A stretch of 64,000 nt of DNA from Candidatus Obscuribacteraceae bacterium (GTDB lineage: Bacteria; Cyanobacteriota; Vampirovibrionia; Obscuribacterales; Obscuribacteraceae), in assembly GCA_044229845.1 (NCBI GenBank), contig JBGASG010000003.1, positions 64,001-128,000 of the forward strand. The letters are read 5' to 3'. The notes under the pieces were generated by a model, which was given only the letters and a program-made list of their open reading frames with translations, ran no database searches and was not told the origin of the DNA. Shown here one piece after another: positions 51,150 through 58,314 of the stretch. Positions within the stretch are counted from its first letter, which is position 1. Each line of letters opens with the position of its first letter. Both the position numbers and the translations under genes were made by a program.

Positions 51150-52196
51150 CTAATATCTGGCGTTCGGCGGCCGGTCGGTCCGGTTCTGGGGATCGCCGTC
51201 TGGATTATCAGGGTCGCCGCCGGCATTGGGATCGCCACCGGGGCTGGGATTGCCGTCCTCCGGCGAGCCCGAGTAGTCATATGGATCGGTGTCGGAGCCC
51301 TGTCCAGGTCCTGGACCAGGCTGCGGGTCCGGCTGGTCCGGATTCTCGCGTCCCATACGCTGCCAGAATTTCTTCTCCAGTTCAGCAACTTCGCTGGCGG
51401 CTGGCAAGGTAAAGGTTTGTCCCGCGTAATAGGTCGGGGCAACCAATTCGGTGTGCCCGTCCTTCTCCACGACCTGAGGCGTCATGTTATTCGCTTCGTA
51501 GATAGCCGCCAGTGGCGGATTATCTGTCCCGTACTTTTTGGCAGCCAGGGACCAGAGCGTGTCCCCGTAGATGAGCTTTACTTCGCTTGCGGCATCAGCT
51601 GAGCCGACGCGTTCTTCACTGTTTTTTCCCAGCTCGTTCACGCGGTCGCGATATTGCTGAGTCAGAGCGTCGAGCTGATCTTCAGTAGGCAACACAAACT
51701 CGTCGCCAACGTGATAAATGGGATCGACAAGTTCTTTCTTGCCGTCTTTTTCCACGACCCGCGGCTCCATGTTATTCGCCGCGTAGACAGCTTCTAGAGG
51801 ATATTTGCCGTTGTAATGCTCGCCGATGATACCCCACAACGTTTGACCTTCGCCGACGGTTACTTTGGTGCCGGCAACCTCTGTGTTGCCTTGAGTTCCA
51901 TCTGTCACGGGAGGCTGCCCTGTTCTGGTATCGCCACTGTAGTCATACATATCGCCGGTGCTGTTGGCGGCCGGGTCCACCGCCTGCACGTCTGCTACCT
52001 GGGTACCGTTGCCGGTGCCGTTACCGCGGTCATCGGTGATATTGACGTTTCCTACTAAGTACGACTCGACGTCGGCATTAATGCCATTATAAGTCTGTCC
52101 GTCGCTCTGTCCGTCGCTTACTGAGTTGAGATTGAGTGACTCGCCGGACGGCGTCATGCCCGTCGCACGGTCGCCATCTCCAACATTCTCTGTCAT
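51150..52196 (-). CDS. Two-LysM-domain protein without signal peptide
   Basis: GQTLWGII...YAAN...IY.G..F.LP and GDTLWSLA...YEAN...YYAGQ.F.LP; acidic G/P/D tail. Confidence 0.82.
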   Translation of the reverse strand: MTENVGDGDRATGMTPSGESLNLNSVSDGQSDGQTYNGINADVESYLVGNVNITDDRGNGTGNGTQVADVQAVDPAANSTGDMYDYSGDTRTGQPPVTDGTQGNTEVAGTKVTVGEGQTLWGIIGEHYNGKYPLEAVYAANNMEPRVVEKDGKKELVDPIYHVGDEFVLPTEDQLDALTQQYRDRVNELGKNSEERVGSADAASEVKLIYGDTLWSLAAKKYGTDNPPLAAIYEANNMTPQVVEKDGHTELVAPTYYAGQTFTLPAASEVAELEKKFWQRMGRENPDQPDPQPGPGPGQGSDTDPYDYSGSPEDGNPSPGGDPNAGGDPDNPDGDPQNRTDRPPNARY

Positions 52197-52637
52197 CGCT
52201 CTTACCTGCCTTAGGAATCGATGCGCGGCTGCCCCCAAAACGGGGGATCTGTGCGGGGTAGGAGGCTGTTATAACACCCGGCGACAGGGTGAGCTATGGG
52301 GAAAATACGCAGGCAAATGGACCAGGGTCGACCGCTAACGGGGCGCCGCTGAGTCTTAGTAGCGATTTCCTTCCCTGGTGATGCCGTTGTAACCCTTGGT
52401 CTGGTGTAACATCTACCGATTGGAGACTCGTCCTCCGGTGGCGTGCCGACGAAGTATTCCTCGGAGCCTGGTGGAACCTTGTGGCGAGTTGCGTTACTGG
52501 CGATCGCTTGCGCACACCAAGCTGGAACACATAGCAGAAGCCCAACGCAACCGCCTGATCGCCGACGAATTAGGCTACGAAGTTCCAACCGACGAGGGAT
52601 TGGGATCGACGGCATACAGTCCGGCTAAGTAATCAGC

Positions 52638-53450
52638 CTAGCGCCTCCGCCCTTGCGGTCCTTGCGGCACTTGTGCTCTAGGCTGTTGACCGTCCCACTG
52701 GATGGCATTGATGGCCTTCCAGGCGTCGTTGGCATGCGCCTTGTATCCCGCTTTGTTCGATTCGAACCAGACAAGTTCGATGCTGGTCGTCTTCGGATCC
52801 GGATTCGCGAAAATACCGATGGTTGAACGGTCGGCATCCTTGAAGCGCGTTTCCATCATGAGCACGCGCTTGCCATTGATGTCAGTCGTTGCCAACTGCA
52901 ACACGTCGAAGTTGCCGTTATAGCCGTAAAGCGCATTCGGAATCGCCTCGGAAATAGCATCGATTTCAGCTTGACTGAGTTTGTGCGGTGGATTGTTTCG
53001 ACCCGGTGTCAAAAGTTTCTGCAAAGCCGCTGCCGACTCCTCACCAGGGGAATGTGCATCGAGCTTCCAGTAACATAGTTTGGTGTTCGGATCACGATCA
53101 AATCGATAGACGCGATATGAATCCGGCGAATGCACTGACGTGTTGATACCACTGTTTGGGTCGGTCTCGGTTCCTTTGCGGAAGCCTCGGGGAACGTCCA
53201 TCCGGGCTACAGATCCCTGATGCAAGGAAAATTCGTCGGCACCAACGGCACCAGGAGCGCCACCGCGCCCGGGCGGTGGATTCTCACGCGGACGCCATTG
53301 ATTTTCTCTCCGTTCATCGGCTCGCTGGCGAATCTTCCCGAGGAAGTCACCCATGAACGCTCCCCGCGCATCGGAATTGGGATTGGGTCTGCCGTATTCT
53401 CCGTCTCCTTCCTGAACAGCCGGGGTCAGTGTATCGATTGGTTGTGCCAT
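52638..53450 (-). CDS. Hypothetical protein (possible PsbP/DcrB-like fold)
   Basis: AAGGA RBS; disordered N-terminus; M.VP.GF, INGK.VL, C-terminal ..AI.W pattern. Confidence 0.75.
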   Translation of the reverse strand: MAQPIDTLTPAVQEGDGEYGRPNPNSDARGAFMGDFLGKIRQRADERRENQWRPRENPPPGRGGAPGAVGADEFSLHQGSVARMDVPRGFRKGTETDPNSGINTSVHSPDSYRVYRFDRDPNTKLCYWKLDAHSPGEESAAALQKLLTPGRNNPPHKLSQAEIDAISEAIPNALYGYNGNFDVLQLATTDINGKRVLMMETRFKDADRSTIGIFANPDPKTTSIELVWFESNKAGYKAHANDAWKAINAIQWDGQQPRAQVPQGPQGRRR

Positions 53451-53631
53451 TTTCTTATCCTTAATCAACGCCAAAACTAGAATCAGAAATCAGATTGAAT
53501 ATAAAACTGAGGTGCCAAGGTCGACTTAGAGTGCATGGAATGCGTGGAACGAGTGGAGTGATACTGATTTTGATTGTGAGAGAGAGTGAAGTGAAGAGTG
53601 AATTGTGCAGTGTCGTTCTTCGAATTCGTTC

Positions 53632-56600
53632 TTAGAATCGGAAGAGTCGGCCGAGCAGACGTCGCAATAGCGGGCGACGCAGACGTGGCAGGAAGTCCTC
53701 TTCGTCATCATCTCCATCCGGACAGGGTCCCGGTCCAGGGCACGGTCCATCCGTCCAATCGTCATCGTCGTCATCCGGACCGCACGGTCCCCAGGGACTA
53801 TATGGACCATCGGGACCAGGTTGATTGGGTCCCCACGGTGAGTCGTTGCCGCCCCAGTTGTTGCGCCGCACACGTCCACCGCCATTTTCTTTGACCCACT
53901 GACGAATGTCGCGAATGCGGCTGATGACGCGATCGTTTCCTTCGCCGTGTTGATCGTCTTGAATGATCACCCAGCCGTCACCGTCTCGCTTCAGGTGGCG
54001 AGAGCGCATGTGCCCCGGAGCGTAAGTGATATAGGCACCATTGAGCAATAAGGTGTCCCGCTCGCTGCCGTTGACCAGGTGAGAGCTGTCGGACATGATG
54101 TCGCCCGTGATCTTGTAGATGATGTTGCGGCATCCGGAAGAGCCGCCATAGTTACCGCCGTTCGGCTGCCGGCGGTCGCCGATTGCCGAGCAGGTTTCGT
54201 CGAGAATCTTGCCGATCGGGCTGCGCATGCCGTTGTTGAGCGCACTGTTGATGGTCCAACGCTGCTCTTCATATCCCATGGAAAGCATGCGTCGGCTGAA
54301 CTGATAGGTCTGCGGTCCGCCGCCGCGCTCGCCACCGTTGAGAGTTCGGAAGGAACCCCAGGAAGCTTCTTTGACAAGACGCGCCAGCGAATCAGGATGG
54401 TTCATCATGGCGGAAATGTGACCAGCCTGCATCCAACAGGTGCCGTTTGCTCCCTGATCCATGGTGCTGGGATCCTGGGCGTGGAACAAGAAGTTCTCCA
54501 CCAGTTTCACGCGCATGGCTTGATCGTAGTAGGCGCCGGGTTTGTCCGAGACAACAAGAGCAGCCAGATGATCGTAGGTCTGGGAGACAGCGGCTTGCGT
54601 CGCTTCTTCCACCTTGGACTGATCGCGCCCGCCCAGCACCTGCAACATGGCGCGGTCGGCCATGCGCTTTTCGAACTCTGTCATCATTTTTTCCAGTCGC
54701 TGCCGCCGACCTTCGTCCATCTTGTCGGCGACTACTTCCATGAGTCGCGAACGAGCGTCGTCGACCGATTCGGAGAGCCAGCCGTCGGCACCATCGATGG
54801 TGACACCCATCTTGGCGGTCTTCAGCTTGGCGTCGCCGGGAATCTTGTATTCGTATTCGCCGTCGCGACATATGTTGAGATTCTCCCGCACGCGCGGCTT
54901 GCTGCTGCCGGGTGCCGGTGCCGCCAGGAACTGATTGGTCAGCGTACCGTCGGCATTCGCTTGCCTGGTCCAGGCTTCTTTCACTTCACCGGTCGGCTTG
55001 CGATCGACGATTTGGGCCAGTTCTTGCTTGTCGCCGACCGTGACGTATTTGAACTCGCGGCTGGAGCCGTTCGCCGCCCTGGCTAAGAGGGTGTTACCAC
55101 CCTTATCCAGTTCCAGGTGAACGAAATTGGCTCGCTCGATAACAGCACCATTTGTAGTGGCATAACTGAAATCGCCTTCGGAATTGATGTGCAGATTGCT
55201 GGCGTCTTTTTGCACCGCGGCATCGAAGACGACCTTCTCACCCGACTTGCCGTCGGTGTCGACAACCCGCACCACCTGACCGTTCTCTCGTATGAAGGAA
55301 CGATGGTTGTTGCCTTTGGTGATGCCGGTGACTTCGCCGTCCTTGAAGTCGACGCGCACGTTGTCCTTTCCGATCACGGCCAGGGTGCCGTCGGTGCCCT
55401 GCAGATACTTCTTGTCACCGCCCGTGGTGAAACTCAGTTCACCCCTCTCGGTAACGGCAAGATTCAGCCGGTCGCCAGGATAGTTCTTGGAGTCGGAAGA
55501 CCAGCGTCCACCGGCGTTCGTAAAGGTCACCGTCTCGCCGGTATGGTTGTTGAACATGCGGATTTGCGAATCGGTGATCTGATATGTGTCGCCACCCCTG
55601 GTGCGCACAAACGTCAACTTGCCGGCTTCGTCGTAAGTGGCCCGCGAGCCGTCGTCTGATTCTTTGAAGCGCACACGACCACGCGAGTCATAGGCGGTCC
55701 GGTTGCCTTTCTCGTCGATGTCGTCTCGCGTTTCTGTGCCGTCTTGCCAGATTGTCGACCACTTACCGTCGCGCGAACGACCTTGTGAATCGGTATACCG
55801 GCGCGAATAGACACCATTGTCCGAGAGCATCGCCTGCCCGTACCAGCTCTGAGTGCGATAGCCTTCCGGCGTTTTCACGTCCCAGTGCAGCGACTTGGCG
55901 TCGGCGCGTTCATTTATATAAGTAGTGCCGCGCTTTTTGTCCGAGACCGTAATCGACTTGATGTCTTTGCTGTCGCCGAAATACGAGAAGTCGCGAACTT
56001 GATCCAAGCCGGGCCATTCGATGCGCGTAATCCGATTGTGATCGTCGAAGGTGAATTTAGCTTTGCCTTGCCCTTGCTGGCATACACTGCCGTCACCGCC
56101 GATGCGGAAGTTGTCACCCTCCGGCGTGTCGTAAGAAACAACACCGGAAGCATCCAGCTTGAAGTTCTTGCGATGCAGATTGGGGTTTTGTATGCAAACC
56201 CAGTCACCGCCAGCCTGCTGTTTCCACTCGATGCTCTGACCGGTGGCAGATGTTTCTATAATGGTATTAGCGTCGGTTTGAGAGACAAACGATCGATCGC
56301 GGCGACTGATGGTGCCGACTCCGCCGCGGTCGTTCAATGTGACGATGGAGCCGTCGGCATTCTCTTTCTCTTGAGTAACGGTGCCGTCAGCTCTCTCAAG
56401 CTGCCAGAGTCCGGGAGTTCCCAGTTCATATCGAAAGTCGCCGGTCACCCTATCGAAACGAACGCCGCCGTTGCCGGGTAAGGCAAATTCCATACCCTGG
56501 AATTTGGCGAACCACTTTCCATCACGATTCACCAGTGTCGACTTGCCTTCGGCGCTGGTGGTGACGATTTCGAGGGGCTGACCTTTCTCGTCGGCTCGGG

Positions 56601-56874
56601 TGATTTCGCGAGTCTTCTCGCGGCCGGGATAGGTGATTTTTGAAATCAGATTCTGGTCGTCGCGCTCAGTCTTCCTGCCATCATCGATGGTGACTTTCGG
56701 AAGCTCTCGCTCCAGCTGCACCTTGTCTGATGCGGCTAGTTGGGCGACGCGTTCGTTGATCGCACGCAAATAGCTGTCGACATCGATGCTGGCGTCGGCG
56801 ACGGCTGACGTTTCGAAAAGGGGCTCTGGACCAACGAATGTTTGGTCTGGACGGGCAGATATTGGGGTGCTCAT
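53632..56874 (-). CDS. Large beta-repeat (YD/RHS-like) protein with C-terminal papain-like Cys peptidase-like domain
   Basis: YDSRGR/YDEAGK-type repeats; QGANGTCW, PGH, DDQHG; acidic Pro/Gly tail. Confidence 0.8.
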   Translation of the reverse strand: MSTPISARPDQTFVGPEPLFETSAVADASIDVDSYLRAINERVAQLAASDKVQLERELPKVTIDDGRKTERDDQNLISKITYPGREKTREITRADEKGQPLEIVTTSAEGKSTLVNRDGKWFAKFQGMEFALPGNGGVRFDRVTGDFRYELGTPGLWQLERADGTVTQEKENADGSIVTLNDRGGVGTISRRDRSFVSQTDANTIIETSATGQSIEWKQQAGGDWVCIQNPNLHRKNFKLDASGVVSYDTPEGDNFRIGGDGSVCQQGQGKAKFTFDDHNRITRIEWPGLDQVRDFSYFGDSKDIKSITVSDKKRGTTYINERADAKSLHWDVKTPEGYRTQSWYGQAMLSDNGVYSRRYTDSQGRSRDGKWSTIWQDGTETRDDIDEKGNRTAYDSRGRVRFKESDDGSRATYDEAGKLTFVRTRGGDTYQITDSQIRMFNNHTGETVTFTNAGGRWSSDSKNYPGDRLNLAVTERGELSFTTGGDKKYLQGTDGTLAVIGKDNVRVDFKDGEVTGITKGNNHRSFIRENGQVVRVVDTDGKSGEKVVFDAAVQKDASNLHINSEGDFSYATTNGAVIERANFVHLELDKGGNTLLARAANGSSREFKYVTVGDKQELAQIVDRKPTGEVKEAWTRQANADGTLTNQFLAAPAPGSSKPRVRENLNICRDGEYEYKIPGDAKLKTAKMGVTIDGADGWLSESVDDARSRLMEVVADKMDEGRRQRLEKMMTEFEKRMADRAMLQVLGGRDQSKVEEATQAAVSQTYDHLAALVVSDKPGAYYDQAMRVKLVENFLFHAQDPSTMDQGANGTCWMQAGHISAMMNHPDSLARLVKEASWGSFRTLNGGERGGGPQTYQFSRRMLSMGYEEQRWTINSALNNGMRSPIGKILDETCSAIGDRRQPNGGNYGGSSGCRNIIYKITGDIMSDSSHLVNGSERDTLLLNGAYITYAPGHMRSRHLKRDGDGWVIIQDDQHGEGNDRVISRIRDIRQWVKENGGGRVRRNNWGGNDSPWGPNQPGPDGPYSPWGPCGPDDDDDDWTDGPCPGPGPCPDGDDDEEDFLPRLRRPLLRRLLGRLFRF

Positions 56875-56954
56875 TGTGATTCTTGCCTGCAACTTCGGAG
56901 CAGAAAGAATCAGCGAATGCGACGAATTTCTTAGAACTTAACCCTGATGGATGG

Positions 56955-56985
56955 AGTCTAGCCTCTCCGTCGTGGAATTTTTGTG
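56955..56985 (-). promoter_or_regulatory. Putative promoter of the 1080-aa gene: CAC-N8-CAC-N11-TAGACT
   Basis: Same architecture as the three upstream sRNA promoters. Confidence 0.55.
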
Positions 56986-57079
56986 TCACGAAACGTGCAC
57001 GCATGGGGAAAACCGCATGCGACAACCGCCTACAAAATCGACCTGAACGAAACCAAAATGGAAAACCCAAAGGGCTGCC

Positions 57080-57169
57080 AAAAAGGGAGAAAGCCAACCA
57101 TTACTGGTTGACTCCCCTTGTTTCCGGTCCCGCAACCGGTTACAAACTTGTTTCGCTGCCAAGCGAATA
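57080..57169 (-). ncRNA. Putative sRNA, copy 1
   Basis: UUCGC/GCGAA 5' hairpin, AACCGGUUGCGGGACCGG core, terminator hairpin + U5; -10 TACACT at 57175-57180. Confidence 0.7.
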
Positions 57170-57174
57170 TCAAT

Positions 57175-57204
57175 AGTGTACTGCCCGAGAGTGCATTTTT
57201 TGTG
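57175..57204 (-). promoter_or_regulatory. Promoter of sRNA copy 1: CAC-N8-CAC-N10-TACACT
   Basis: Motif and spacing conserved across copies. Confidence 0.6.
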
Positions 57205-57308
57205 AAATGCGTAACTCTGTGTAGCTATGAGCTTTCTCACCTTCCTGCATTCTGAAGGGGGAAAACACGCATGAAATCGCCGCTCACCGCGATTTCTAAA
57301 AAGCCTCC

Positions 57309-57393
57309 AAAAAGAAAGAGAGCCACAACTGGCTCTACTCCCTTAATGCCGGTCCCGCAACCGGTTATAAAATCGTTTCGCGAGTGCGAATAT
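57309..57393 (-). ncRNA. Putative sRNA, copy 2
   Basis: Same 5' hairpin and core; AGAGCCA/UGGCUCU terminator + U-tract; -10 TAAGAT at 57398-57403. Confidence 0.7.
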
Positions 57394-57397
57394 GAGT

Positions 57398-57427
57398 ATC
57401 TTAGGCACAACTGGTGAAAAATTTGTG
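57398..57427 (-). promoter_or_regulatory. Promoter of sRNA copy 2: CAC-N8-CAC-N10-TAAGAT
   Basis: Motif and spacing conserved across copies. Confidence 0.6.
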
Positions 57428-57475
57428 ACACGTAAGGGTCCACCCAAAGCCCCGATAGAGGCGATTTTTCAGCAT

Positions 57476-57566
57476 AAAAGGAAAGGGACCAACCTACGAA
57501 TAGTTGGTCCCTTTCCATTTTTCCGGTCCCGCAACCGGTTACAAAGGTTTTTCGCTGGAGCGAATG
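57476..57566 (-). ncRNA. Putative sRNA, copy 3
   Basis: Same 5' hairpin and core; 14-bp terminator stem GGAAAGGGACCAAC/GUUGGUCCCUUUCC + U4; -10 TACTAT at 57572-57577. Confidence 0.7.
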
Positions 57567-57571
57567 TACTG

Positions 57572-57601
57572 ATAGTATTGCCACTTCGTGAAAAAAACGT
57601 G
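57572..57601 (-). promoter_or_regulatory. Promoter of sRNA copy 3: CAC-N8-CAC-N10-TACTAT
   Basis: Motif and spacing conserved across copies. Confidence 0.6.
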
Positions 57602-57619
57602 GCAAAGGACCCCTTTTTT

Positions 57620-58291
57620 ATGGCCAAAACAATCGAAGACGTACGGGCTCTGATTTTCGATATGGACGGCGTTTTAGTCGACTCAGAACCCCTGCATCTC
57701 CTGGCGTACCAGGAACTGTTTTCGGTGCACTCAATTGAATACACCGAGACGCACAACCAGGAATTTTTGGGCTGCAAGGACATCGCAATGGCACACATCC
57801 TGGTGGAGCGCTGGAGCTTGCCGTTTACGCCGGAGCAGCTGGTCCAGAATAAAGAAACCATTCTCGCTCGCCTGCTCAAGTCGGATGCTCAGATTCGACC
57901 GGGGGTCAAAAAGCTTTTGGAAGAAGCGCGAGCTCTGCAGATTCCATGCGCGGTCGCATCCTCCGCAACGCTGCCAACCATCCAGCTGGTTGTTGATGAG
58001 CTCGGTATTCGCCAGTATTTCCATCATCTGTCCTCCGGAGACGAAGTTGAGCACGGTAAACCGGCGCCGGATGTTTTTCTGCTGGCAGCAAAACGGCTCG
58101 GGGTGGGGCCTGAGCACTGCCTGGTCATCGAGGACACCGCCAACGGCATCAAGGCGGCTAAAGCGGCGGGAATGTTCTGCATCGCCATTCCATGCGACGC
58201 CACCCGCCACCAGGATCACTCACAGGCAGATATGAACCTCACCAGCCTGGAGGAAGTGTCTCTCAAGAGCTTGATTGCGTGCGCTCTCTAG
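57620..58291 (+). CDS. HAD family phosphatase (beta-PGM/CbbY-like)
   Basis: FDMDGVLVDSE, ASS, GKPAPD, IEDT..G; AAGGA RBS. Confidence 0.92.
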   Translation: MAKTIEDVRALIFDMDGVLVDSEPLHLLAYQELFSVHSIEYTETHNQEFLGCKDIAMAHILVERWSLPFTPEQLVQNKETILARLLKSDAQIRPGVKKLLEEARALQIPCAVASSATLPTIQLVVDELGIRQYFHHLSSGDEVEHGKPAPDVFLLAAKRLGVGPEHCLVIEDTANGIKAAKAAGMFCIAIPCDATRHQDHSQADMNLTSLEEVSLKSLIACAL

Positions 58292-58314
58292 GCGCTGACT
58301 GATCTCTGGTCTTT

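Noticed and set aside
52381..52632. Small plus-strand ORF (78 aa)
   Set aside because: TTG start without RBS, in-frame TAA just after the upstream ATG, no recognisable motif; cannot be supported
57120..57545. CCGGTCCCGCAAC as cobalamin riboswitches on the plus strand
   Set aside because: Resembles the CCCGCxACTGT box but lacks the GGGAA/GGTGxAAxTCC elements; terminator U-tracts and -10 boxes point to the minus strand
57392..57619. 76-aa N-terminal extension of the HAD ORF
   Set aside because: Runs through the sRNA copy 3 region; ATG 57620 has an RBS and sits just before the HAD motif
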